A stretch of DNA of 64,000 nucleotides from Psammoneis japonica (lineage: Eukaryota). The translations under genes were made by a program, and so were the position numbers. The stretch spans positions 1 through 64,000 of the forward strand of contig QPGO01000233.1 in assembly GCA_008632985.1 (NCBI GenBank), read 5' to 3'. The notes under the pieces were generated by a model. That model made no database searches, had not been told where the DNA came from, and worked only from the letters and a program-made list of their open reading frames with translations. This document shows positions 25,126 through 37,000 of this stretch, piece after piece; within the stretch, counting starts at the first letter, position 1, and each line of letters opens with the position of its first letter.

Positions 25126-26883
25126 ATGAGCCCCAAGAAACACAAGAATCGTAGCCGTGGTATGGACAAGCAGGAAGTGCAACCGCCTTCGTCGCTGCAA
25201 CAGAAGCAGCAGCACTCGTTGAACACGGAGGCCATAAGAATAGCCCAAAATGTCAACGCGGCCGTCCTATCCCAAGTCAAAAAAGATTTTCTGCAATACA
25301 ACAAAACGATACAGGAAGAAACGGGTGTGTTTATTGGTTTTAAGCCGGGCCCCGTTGAAATGACGTGGCTTGGTGTAGGGCACTTGTCCTCGCCGGATCA
25401 TAGTGATGTCTCCGCGAGGCTACCTCCGTTTTGCGTTTCGGCCGCTCGTCAGCTCATCAACAATGGGAAGCATTTTCCAGCCCTCCAAAATCTCGAGCGT
25501 CCGGAGAGTTTGCTGAACAAATGTCGTATCGTGGTGGAAAACAGAGCCGATCAGGCCTGGCTGGAAGAAATTTGGCAAGGCCACAGCCTGGTATTTTACG
25601 TTTACGATTCCAGTGTATGTGATGACGGTGCTTGCGTCAAATTGATCGTCACTACAGCTCAAGACGAAAGACTCATAAGCTTCACCGGATATCCACAGGA
25701 ACTGAAGCAACGGGGTCCAGTGGAAATGCCGTCCCCGCGATTGTTACGCATCGTTCCAGATGTCAAGGACAGGATGCTTTTGTGGTCTCGAATTATGCAC
25801 ACCTTTCTTCGCACGCATGCCTACATGCTCCCCTCACACATTCTGGTGGACCTCATGGATATTTACTTGGAGCCTGACTACCCCTTGACATCAAAAAAGT
25901 ACAAGGAGGACTATTTAGATTGGCAGATTCTCCGAACGGATTTGACACTCAACCTGCCGGGGTTGACACGTTGGACCGAGAACGACGACGACGATGATCT
26001 AGCCTATGCGATCAATGGTTGCTTGATGAAGGTTGGATGTGCCTTAGCGGCTTTGAATCGATTCGAACAAGCCGCTCTGCTCTATGCGGATATTGGCGAC
26101 ACCTTTCAAGAATCCGTCAATAGCTACATCCAAGCGGGGCAGTGCTTTTTCAATTTCGGCGACTACGGTGCAGCACTCGACTACACCACCAAGAGCATTG
26201 GTCGACTGGTGAAAGACGATCCAGAGCCAGATCTTAATGATCCAAACCATGAAAATGCTTTGACCATCATTCTGTTGTCCTATCATGCCATTTTTGAGCA
26301 GGCTATATCTCGCCACGGCCGCAACAACCGAATGCTAAAATATGACAAAGACATTGTTGTCGCCTTGGGGTGCCTTGCACTTTTCTCAACCGCACACGGT
26401 AAGTTTCGAGACTTTGCCTTTGAATTTGGCGTCCCCGAGGGTACACGTCTTTCGTCGTTCATGAGGAGCCGAGTCTCTAGTCCCGCCAGAGCCAAGCACG
26501 TCCTTGTCAAGTTGATGCGATCAGGATCCATTGAGGAATACAAGGCAGCCTTTGAGAATGTGTTAGAAAAGCCTTTGCCATTGAGGCCAAAGTTTGACAC
26601 GAATAGCTCGGACGAATATCGGCGGTCCCTTGCGAAGGATGGTCGCAAGTCAGCACACTTCGTCAACAAGCATGGATGCCGTCCCATGTGCTTGGCCTGT
26701 GGGTTGATGAAAGGAAAGCTCCTCGCTTGTCCCTGCAAGAGTGCAATGTACTGTGATGCGTTATGCCAACGATCGCATTGGGCAGTTCACAAGGAGGTCT
26801 GTTCTCATCACCTGTCCAAAAAGGCGACGAAGAGGAAGAACGCCGAACGCAGCGAGGCTGACACTTCAGAATGTCGCAAGTGA
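25126..26883 (+). CDS. MYND zinc-finger protein with TPR-like helices
   Basis: 585-aa ORF with C-terminal CLACG...ACPCKSAMYCDALCQRSHWAVHKEVC and a TPR-like YIQAGQCFFNFGDYGAALDY. Confidence 0.85.
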   Translation: MSPKKHKNRSRGMDKQEVQPPSSLQQKQQHSLNTEAIRIAQNVNAAVLSQVKKDFLQYNKTIQEETGVFIGFKPGPVEMTWLGVGHLSSPDHSDVSARLPPFCVSAARQLINNGKHFPALQNLERPESLLNKCRIVVENRADQAWLEEIWQGHSLVFYVYDSSVCDDGACVKLIVTTAQDERLISFTGYPQELKQRGPVEMPSPRLLRIVPDVKDRMLLWSRIMHTFLRTHAYMLPSHILVDLMDIYLEPDYPLTSKKYKEDYLDWQILRTDLTLNLPGLTRWTENDDDDDLAYAINGCLMKVGCALAALNRFEQAALLYADIGDTFQESVNSYIQAGQCFFNFGDYGAALDYTTKSIGRLVKDDPEPDLNDPNHENALTIILLSYHAIFEQAISRHGRNNRMLKYDKDIVVALGCLALFSTAHGKFRDFAFEFGVPEGTRLSSFMRSRVSSPARAKHVLVKLMRSGSIEEYKAAFENVLEKPLPLRPKFDTNSSDEYRRSLAKDGRKSAHFVNKHGCRPMCLACGLMKGKLLACPCKSAMYCDALCQRSHWAVHKEVCSHHLSKKATKRKNAERSEADTSECRK

Positions 26884-26889
26884 TTGCTT

Positions 26890-29800
26890 GGAAGAAACTG
26901 CTTTCATGTTAGTCCATAAATTAGCACTTCCTGCACGTGCACCAACATGCTTCATTCATTCACTGCAAGAAACATGATGGCTTTCAACAGCACTCCGCAT
27001 GTTGGCAGGCCATTTCGGGGGCCCGATCTCAACTCACGCGACCACAAGTTTTCCATTGCTCTCGACATTGTCTCTTCTCGTTGGAACCCATGACACTCTA
27101 GAGAGAGAGAGACTCTAGAAGTGTCCACTTAGAGAAACTGCACGCGCTTCCACTCTCTAGCCACTGCAGCAGCTTAGAGGCCCTCTCCAGTGAAGAGTGG
27201 AGAGAGAGTCTCTGCCAGGGCCCCAGCGATGAATCCATCATGTGCCGTCCAACCCAATGTGATCTCACAATGAAAGCACCGAGGATCATCTGAAAGCCCA
27301 ATGAAATGGTTCCATGCTTCATTCCGGCCTGTTTAGAGTCATCAGTGTGTCACCTGCCAAGCTCTCTCATTGTTTGCATCAATGCAACCAAGAAGCGGCA
27401 AATGAGAAAAGACATCAAACATGAGAGAAGGGTGCAGGTTTTGAGGATGGGTTTCCTGAGGATGGCAACAAAGACAAAATGGGTGAGGGATGGAAAATGT
27501 TGATGTGCACGGTGGCTTGCCATTTTTGGGCATGCCCAACTCCAACAATGGGAAGCTGGACAGCACCATTGTTGCTGCTGCGTGCAAAGCGACAAGAGAT
27601 TGTTGGCTGGAAAAATCAAGGAATGCCATCAAGAATGCAAACAGATGGAACAATGGTTGGCAATTCTTGGTGATGAAAATGAAGACCTGCTGGCAAAAGA
27701 GATTGAGACATTGCCCCACAAGTTGCAGCAGTTGGGGCCACACAGACAGGTGTGCCAAGCAAAACACCAGCACGGTTTGGCCAAACACTTGTTGAACCAT
27801 GCATTTTTGAAAGAGATTGGCTTCATTTGTCGTGTCAAGTGCAGGGCACAAACGGACACTCAGGTGGTTCATGGCCGAAGATTGTTGTGGATGAGTGCAC
27901 AACTTCAGAACAATGGCAGCTGCGTGAACATCCCATTCTAGACAACAACTCATTTTGTTGGCCCTGCTTGGACACTCACCTCTTCTTGCTTGTCTCACTT
28001 TCTGTGACTCCACCCATGTGTGGGGAGGACAAACCATGTGCTGCTTCTTTCATGTGATGAACATGGTTGCATGGTGTGTCAGCAGGGTGGAATGCAGTGC
28101 TGATTGAGTCAATTGGGGGGTCAGAGGGTGAGATGGTGGGGAGCAACATTGCAAAACATTTGAGGTTCAACCCCAGGAGACATGTGCAGAATTTTTGAAG
28201 AAAAGGAACACACAGAGAGCTGTGTTGAGTCAAGCACAAGTTCGCCCATCATGTCAGCCAACAATTGTCACACCTGTGACTTTAATTGTGAAGCATCCTG
28301 TGCCAAACCTTGTGGCACCACAACAAAATGGACTGTGCTGCAGCCCCCCAAGACCAGAGGCAAACAAAAGTGCACAACAAATTGGGGGGCGACTTGCACT
28401 GGACTTCTTGCCACAGTTGCAGCTCTCTTTGTGTGACTTGCAGGGGCAAGAGACAATGGCAAAACAAACAGCTGCACACATGCCATGTGGATGATGGTGT
28501 GCAGAGAAGCAATGCATCAGTCAGCATCAGCAGGGCTCTCACCACATCTGCAACTGATGAAGGAGATGACATTGCAAGTGAAAGAAAACGACAAAAAAGT
28601 GGCACAACAATGAAGTGAGAGACAGAAACATGATTGTGCTGGAGAGCTGCTGCAAGAAGAAGAGGACTTTGTTTGGGTGGAAAAAATTTCTAAAAAGGCC
28701 ACAAAATGCCATGTCAGCAGAGTGGCAACAGCGGCATTGTCTGAGCTCAATGTGCTGCAAATCAACAGAGAGTGAGCATGATGGGAAATGTCAAAGGACA
28801 AGGTGCACAGGGGAATGGATTGCACAGGAGGAGGGGTTGGCACTGGGGCATGCAAAGTGAACCTGCATTGACAATGCAGCAAGCCAGCATCACTCCCCAA
28901 ACCAAATGTGGCATCACCCACACTGCAGCCAGCACCAACATGTCAGGAAAATGTGAGGCAAGAACCTGCACATGTGGTGGAAACTGTGCAGAGGAGGACA
29001 GACCCACATGGATCAATTGGGCCCAACTCAAATTGCTCCCCCCCCCCACATGCAGTTTGTGCACACCATGTTGCAGTTTGAAAAGAACTCCAGCAGCAAG
29101 GAACAGCGGGCTGAGCGTGCTGTGTTGCCAGCTTGGTCAAACCCGGTTGTTGACCCCAGCAGCTTGATTTGAAAGTCTCGGGCTTGCACAAGCACTGCAC
29201 AGCAGCAACAACCTTGCCAAGAACAAACACCATCAATTTTTCTGAGCACCAAGCATGGCACCAACACCCCAACCCTCCTGGGAGACTGTGATGTGAGCCA
29301 AAAAAGTGCCCTTCTTTTTGCAAGCCAGGGTGACACTGACTCAAATTGTGCTTGTGCCAAGATGCCAACACCAAGCTCATCAGAGCTTGTAAAGACAGCT
29401 CCGGAACAGCTCCTGTGGAGAAACTTGGAGAGCTTTTTTGTTTCCAATGCATTTGGAAGTGTGTGATCCTTTTGCAGTGGAAATGCACTGCTCCATGTGT
29501 TGGCGATGTTGTTTGACGCCACACCTTGGCAGCTGTTTGAAAGCTGCAAGGCAGCAAAGATTTTTTTGCGGTGCAAAAGCCAAACAGTGGACACACCATC
29601 CTCTGCACATCATGTGGCTGCTGCACTGGCAGAGGCCCAGTGTTTTAGCACACCAGCAGATGGCAGGCAAAGCAAGTTGATGGAGAACGAAAAGGTGGTC
29701 AGAGGAATTGAGCTGTCACTTGTCAGTTGCATCAAGCTAAATGACATGTGCATCAGCCATGCGGTGCTTCTGAAATCCTCAGCAGTTCTTTTTCCTGTGA

Positions 29801-29980
29801 CACATCGATGTTTTGACAGGGAACGAAAGGCTGATCAGATGGAGGAATGGAACCGTCACTCGTCAGTTGCATCACTCAAATGACATTTGCATCAGCCATG
29901 CGGTGCTCATGAAATCTTCGGCAGTTCTTTTCCTGTGACACATCGATGTTTTTGGAAACCAAATGTTTTGCTCAAGATGA
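26890..29980. other. TpA/CpG-depleted hypermutated block C
   Basis: Starts immediately after the MYND stop codon. Residual TA is mostly in TAA/TAG/TTA/CTA contexts. No recognisable intact ORF. Confidence 0.85.
29713..29952. repeat. ~100-bp direct repeat with a 140-bp period at the edge of block C
   Basis: GTCAGTTGCATCA...GCATCAGCCATGCGGTGCT...TCCTGTGACACATCGATGTTTT occurs twice. Confidence 0.85.
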
Positions 29981-30072
29981 ATTATAAAAGCAGAATAAAA
30001 TAGTGCTTGAAAGCTAAATTATGTTGGACCTACTGTCTTTATTCTCCTAACTAATGTTTTGTGGCACAAACT

Positions 30073-30738
30073 CTACTCAGCAGGAGCCGCAGCGGAAGCC
30101 GCTGCAGAAGCCGATCCAGAAGCTGCAGCAGCTGATTCTTCAGGAGCCTGTGCCTCCGCATCAGGCAAGAGGGCTCCAGCCTTCTCCATCAACTCCTTAG
30201 CTTCTTCAGGAATCTCGACATCACCTTCGACAATCTCCGCTATCGTTTCCTTTCCGTAGGCAGCCACGTTGGTGTCATGGACCTCCCAAATGACGTTGTT
30301 CTCCAGTTGAACGTTGATCATGGCGCCCTTGGTAAATACGTAGACATAGGAATAGCCCGTGCCCTTGGCGAGCTCGGCTTGCAACTCTCGACCAACCGGG
30401 CCGGCAGCGAATCCCGCCGTTGCGCCGACCTTCAATTTGAAATCGGACTCGTACATGCGCTCCGTCGCCATCTTGCCAAGAACAATCACCATTATTTTCT
30501 TCTGAGCACCAATCGTGGCGCCAACTCCCCAACCCTCCTGGGAGACTGCGATGGGAGCCGAAAAGGTACCGTCCTTTTTGCGAGCCAGCATAACGCCCAA
30601 TCCACCACTGCCAGAGATGCCAAGGCCAAGCTCACCAGAGCTTGCCAAGATGACTCCTGAACAGGTCTTGTAGAGATCCTTGTCGAGCTTTTGTGCGTGT
30701 TCGATGCACTCAGAAGCGGCGGTAATGTACTTCTCCAT
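30073..30738 (-). CDS. SYLF/Ysc84-like domain protein
   Basis: GLGISGSGGLGVMLARK.DGTFSAP, GWGVGATIGAQ, AGFAAGPVGR and YSYVYVFTKG..NVAAYG are typical of the SYLF (Ysc84/SH3YL1) domain. Confidence 0.85.
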   Translation of the reverse strand: MEKYITAASECIEHAQKLDKDLYKTCSGVILASSGELGLGISGSGGLGVMLARKKDGTFSAPIAVSQEGWGVGATIGAQKKIMVIVLGKMATERMYESDFKLKVGATAGFAAGPVGRELQAELAKGTGYSYVYVFTKGAMINVQLENNVIWEVHDTNVAAYGKETIAEIVEGDVEIPEEAKELMEKAGALLPDAEAQAPEESAAAASGSASAAASAAAPAE

Positions 30739-31000
30739 GTTGACGATTGAGCGGTTTTGGCAGCAGGCAAAAGATTTTTTTGCGTGAGAGTTGGAAGCTA
30801 AGAAGAGATACTGTACTGTAGAGATGAATGATGAAGTACCGTTGGCAAAAAAAATGACAACAACAAGAAAGATCGCAAGAAAAGACCGTTATTTACTATT
30901 ACTATCATACACGTTGTAAGATATGTATTTCGATTTAAATCGCGCGAACGTTAAACTTTTCAAATTGCCCTTTGGATCTAATTTATCGATACTATACTTA

Positions 31001-34000
31001 ATCGGAGTGCTCATTTCATTCGTGAAAACTGACATCCCATGACAAGGTGATTTCAAATTTCATCCTCATTCTCGTTCGAAATCTTGAAGGGTGCATCAGC
31101 GCAGCAACCAGCAATGCGAGGACACAAAAAATTGCAACCTCGCTCTGCATGTTCACAAAAAATCTGTGTCACAATGGCAGAAAGAAAGCACGCATCTTGG
31201 GCAAAGGGAGCTGCCATGCTTCTCAGCAGCTCAAGGTGGGGTGTGTGCTGCACCACAAAACTCTGGTGCCAGAGAGGGGGAAGAACAACACAGATTTTGT
31301 GTGGCTCTGCTGGGTTTTCTTTTGTTGAGTGCAGGTTCACCCACCGCAAGTTCTTGGAATTTGACAAACCTGCATTTTTTGCAAGAAACGGGGCTTTGGC
31401 CAACCAGCCGCACTTGCGCACAAAAGACATCTTTCGCCAGTGCTCCTCCAAAAGCTCATGCACCCCCCTGGCATGTTTTCTGCAAGCTGGTTCTCTGCAT
31501 GCTTTTGGGGCAAGATGCATGGGCAGCCACCCCACACTCTCACAATTTGTGTTTGACTGTGGTGTCAGGCACTTTGTGGCTCCCTTGCTGATGCACTTTT
31601 GTGCACAAAGTTCTTGTGCAAGCACATGGTCATCATGTGGGACAAAACTCAGTGCAGCCCCATTTTTGTCCCCCTGGGGTGCACCTCAGACACCCACCAC
31701 TTGAATTGTCCCATGTGTCCCATGACACATTTGCCTCAGAATTCTGTCCCAAGCAACAACCAGCATGACAGCAGGGTTGCCACACAGCCCTTCCCCAACC
31801 TCAGCGTTGTTCTGCCATTGTGGCACCTCCGGCTGGGGTCCCAGCCATGAGTGCCATGCACACAATGAGCTCGTTGTGTCAAATGGTTGGGACGCCATTG
31901 CTGACCAGCAACTCATGCAAGACAAAGCTGTGGCAGAAACCTGGAAACAGAAGTGGTGCCCGCACATTGACGAGCAACTGGGAAAGCACACAACATGCAA
32001 CCCTGGATGCTCCATTTCAGCCCTGGACTCTGTTGCAGACCTTTGCTGCCAAAACACAGATGGCAGCTGGAATGATTTGATGTGATGTGGTGTGCCAGGC
32101 TTTCTTGCAGTTTCCCATGAATTTCAAAGGAAGGGCACCTGCAATGTCCTGCACTTTGTTCCACAACTCACAATGCAAGGAAATGGTGTCCTCCCCAGGG
32201 TGTGTTGCCTGGCACTGCACTCTGATTGTCATTGCATCTTTTCATTGTTCTCACTTTTGTTTTGCTTGCACCCTGCCATGCAGTCTTCTTTCACTCCAAC
32301 CATCCAAAAGATCTCAAGCATTTGAGAGTCAAAAAGCAGCTGCACCTGTCAACTCAGCTTGTGTGTTGTCCAACATCTGCACATTTGTGAGGAGCAGCTT
32401 GCTCTCTCCAAAGATGTTTTGCAGCCCAGAACAGCACAGGTTGGCAGATCCAATGCATGCAGGAGGACCCCCCCAACAAGTTGCCGTTGCCAGCAGTGTT
32501 CCCTGACTCTTCTCCCTTTCCAAATCCTGGCGACATTTTTCAGAAAAATTGTTCCCACCTTTCTGTGTTTGAGAAGACACCTGGGTTTGGCTCGCACTCT
32601 GGGAATCCATGAGCATGTCTGAATTTCACCTTGTTGATGAGCCATCACCTCAAGAGGTGGTGGCTGGTGACACAACCAAGCTCATCGATCATGGAGCGGC
32701 TCCTGCCAAAGACCCTGTCAAATTGGTTGCCCATGACTGTGTGACAACCCACCCACCAACTGCAGCCTGTGAACATTGTGCGACAAGTTGTGTGACAAGA
32801 AGTTCTCTTTTGTTGTTCAGAGCTCCCATTCCTCATGCAAGAAGCAACACTTTTCTTGATGGTGAGTCAGTGTGTCAGCCATGGTTTTTCACACAGCCCT
32901 CCAACATGGGAGGCCCAATGTGAAGAGAGGGGTGGAGTCAGAAGTGTGAGGTGCAATGTGCTTTCAAACAGCAGTTGGTTGTTGTGCTCAGAATTTGCTT
33001 TGGGCAAGATCAGCTCTGCTGCAGAGGAGAAGACTGCAGCATGTTGGCATTGAAAATTTGCCACACCAGGGCCTGGTGCGCCCTGCAGCAACATCCACTC
33101 AAGGTCATGCAGTTCACAAAATTTGTCCCCCTCATCCAAAATGGTGATCCACAAGGTTGGATTTAAGGCAATTTTTGAGATCACTTCACACAATCTGCAA
33201 ATGCATTTTGCACTTGCTGGCTGCACATGTTCTTGAAGCTTCCTTTTGTTTGTTTCTCAGGCAGGGTCTGTTGCATCTGTGAGCAGCTCCATCCACTCCA
33301 CATGTGGGTGGGCTGTTTTCACCTGGTCCTTTTGTGCTGTGGCATCTTTCTTGATGACTGTGTCTGGGCTCTGTGTGTGTGCAATCTTAGCTTCACACCC
33401 TTGTGTGGTGTTGGTGGGTCCTGCTGCAACAACTCAAAGTCTGGCCTTCCCATCTTGTCTTTGGCTTTGGTGTCCCATCATGGCCCCTCCTCCTTTGGAT
33501 GAGCTGGGCTGTTCCAAAATGCAAAAACACCTTCATTTTTGTCAACAACACATCAACAAGGGGTCAAACACCAGATTTCCATCCACTGTGCAGGCCTTTG
33601 CATGTTGTTCTGCCATGATCAGGGATGACTCAAGAAGCAAGCTCAATGGAACCTTTGACAGACACCTTGGTTGTGCTGACAATGTGTGATGCACTTGAGC
33701 AATGCTTTTGGTGCAGATGCTTTGTTGCCACTGGAGGAAGCTCAAGTCCTGCCATTTTGGAGAACCACTCCTGCAATGCATGCACCCAAGTCTCAGCCAT
33801 CTCTGTGACATGATTGATGCAAGAATGTTCACATTGCAGCTGGTGCATGGGTGTGAGGAAAGCAACTTGGAACTTGGTTCCACTGCCTTTCTTGTTCCTT
33901 TTTTGGGTTGTCATTCTTCATCATCAAAGACAAAGCAAAAGCTGACCTGGTGGGCTATTTCAGCAAGCAGCAGCAGTTTTCCTTGCATCAGTTGTCATTT

Positions 34001-37000
34001 TTTGTGGTCTGCAGGGTAGAAGAGGTTCTTGCTTTGGGCTTGTGAGCATGGGTCCTTCGTAAAGCACTTGTCATTGCTCTCAATTTGTTGGCTCTGTGTT
34101 GTCCTTCCAGAGAACCACCATGCCAGGAAATGAGTTGGGGAAAGTGCTTTGTGCACTCTGTCTTTTGCAGATCCCATCTTTTGCCACAAGCCTTGCACTT
34201 GTCTGTCTTTGGCTTTGTCCAAATTTGAGGATGAGCATTCCCAGAATGCCATCAACCATGATGCCAATGGACATGCCTTTGCTTTGCAAAGGCCCCTTTC
34301 TGTTGGTTGTTTGCACTCCAGAAGCCACCCAGTCACTTTGTCCATTCACAGAAGCACAACAACATTTCCAACAGTTGTGCCCACAATTTGTCAAGAACTG
34401 CAAGATTGTCATCATCATTGTCATGCTCAATCCATGTGAGTTGCTGGATGGCAGGATTCCTCTTTCAAGTCATTGGCAGCAATGCACAATTTTCTTTGCT
34501 GTTTCTCTCTCCAAGATGTCCACAATTTGCCTTTGCCAACTCCCATCTGCAGCAGCACACCAGTGTAAAACAAGACACCCCAGCATGCTCAATCACTTCC
34601 ATTCAGCTTAGAAAATGGTCATGCCGGTCATGAAGTTTGCACAAGGGTGGCTCAACAACAACTTGTTTGTCTGTGCCTTGGGGTGTCAATTGCAAGCCAA
34701 AGCAAGCAATCCAGCAGGTCAGCCCTCCCACTTTGAACAAGTGATTTGCACAAAACCTTGACAATCTCCTCAGCCACTCTTGGTTGAAGGCATTCATGAG
34801 ATTTGTTGGTGTCTCATGCTGCACATTCTCTCAACTGGGTCAGCACTCTGCATCTCAAAAGAAGCCCTCCCCACACAGGATGGATGGACATCAGTGAAAG
34901 ATTTTTTTTCTTGTTCTGTTGGTGCAGATGTTTTGTCAGTCAACCCCACAGTGGCTGACACAAATGACTGGCTGGCTCCAAGGTTTCCCAAGTTAATCAG
35001 CTGCACTTGTGGCACGGGTCATGAGTTTGGCTTTGTTGCTGGGGCAGTTGCACACCCAATGAAGCCAACTTGCTCAGTTTTGCATCCACACACTTTGCAT
35101 CACTGCAACAATGCATCCAAGCCAAGCCTGTTCCAGCAGCACAAAAGAATGAGAGCAAATGCCATGTTTCATGGGCCTTGATCCCACAAACCACACTGAC
35201 CAACATTGTTGCACCCAGCTGAACTTGTTTTGGAGGCTTCTGCACATTGTTTGCAGCTGTTTTTGTGGAACTCCTGCTGCACACTGCACACATGTCAAAG
35301 CCTGCCTTCACCCTGGCACTCACAAGTTGCGCCATTTCTGAAGATGAAAGGCAAACAGAGGTGGCAATGTGCCTCTGGAAGGTTCCTGGCTGTGCTTGTG
35401 CTGAACAAGACAAAGTGCCAGTTGCTGACTCACAGGCAAGTCTCACATTCATTCTGTGCCCCCCACATTTTGTTAACATGGAACACTGTCTCAACAACAA
35501 AGTCATCATTGGAGCTCAAGAATGGAGCACACTCTGAGCATCCTGGAAGACAAAACTGTCTTGCAGCTCCACCACCCATTGCCAGTCTTGCTTTCTTGTT
35601 GGCAGAAACTGGAGGGGTTGTTGCAGGCAACACTGGGGGCGGGGATGTCAACTTGTGATTTGTCAAGAGCCACTGGAGCTGTGGTGCAGGAGCACCCCAA
35701 ATAGCCACACAGCAGTGGATTGCAAATCCAGCGTTGTTCCACCACTCACCAGCTCCTGACCCAGCACATGATCAGTGGCTGGCAAGGGAGGAGGCAAACA
35801 TCTCCTGAAGTTGCTTTGCAAATGCACTGCAGTCACCAGAGAAACTAGAAAAATGAGTGGCTTGTTAAAAGCATCACAAGCCCAATTGGCAACATCTTGG
35901 AAATGATGTTTGGGCACCTGCATTCTGTCAAACAGTCATTGTGGCTTGAAAAGATGCTTCTCTTCCTCTGAGTGCAAAGTCATGGTCAATGTGCCAATGC
36001 AAAAAATGATCACACTGTGTGCTCCATTTGAGGTGGAGCTTGTTTCTTCTGCATTGCTGGGGCAGAGCAAAGCAACATCATGCAGCACTTTAGCCAGAAT
36101 GCAGAGGTGGCAACCATGCCGCTTTCTTTGCACCTTCTTTTTCTTCTTCTTTTTCTTTGCATGTCTTCTTGGGAAGAAACTCAGAGAATTTCTGTTGCCC
36201 CATCAAAGTTCTTTTCTCTGTTGTTGTTGCCATCTCTCTGCTTGACCCTGAAGATGTGCCAGTGAGGCAACTCCGCTGTTTGCATTTGCAGGGTGCTCCA
36301 TTGCTGTGTTTGTCTGAATGCCTTGGTGGACTTGACCTTGATGTTTGGTCAAGGTGGCAAGCCATGTGCCATCATCTTGGCTGGTGGCTTGACAGCCTGC
36401 ACTTTCCAATGGCAAAACAGTGGAGGAGCTGTGATGCCTGCACTTTCCCAATCATCATGCTGGTGAAAGGAATGTGAGTGGCTTGTCTGGGCTTCTTGAA
36501 ATTCATTGATGAAAAAAAAATCAGTGCTTCCCACACATGGAGGACCAACATGTCTTGTTTCTTTGCTGGAAAACCCCTCGGCAGATTTTGACAGCAGCAG
36601 CCAACATGTTGGCAGGCAACTTCAAGAGCCCAGTCTCACCCCACACATCTGGAAGCTCTCTGCTGCTCTGGACACATGCTGTCTCTTGTTCTTGCCTTGC
36701 TGTTGATCTTGCGGCTTGGACAAACATCCAATTGAGCAGAGCTCCACCTCAGCTGCTTTGTGGCTTTTTTGCTGCTTTTGATGGAAAATTGGCTGCACCA
36801 ATTTGTCTGTTCCTTCAAAAGAGAGGAGACCCTGGAAGTGCCAACTCTGACAAGAGGAAGAGCCTCTTTGCTCAGCATTTTTTGCTCACTTTGCTTGGTC
36901 TTTATTTGAGCCACTCCCGTGACCACTGCTGTTTCAGAAAAAGTGTGCACAGGAGATGTGGGCCTTTGCTCCACTCTCAAAAAGGACCTCCTTTGCATGC

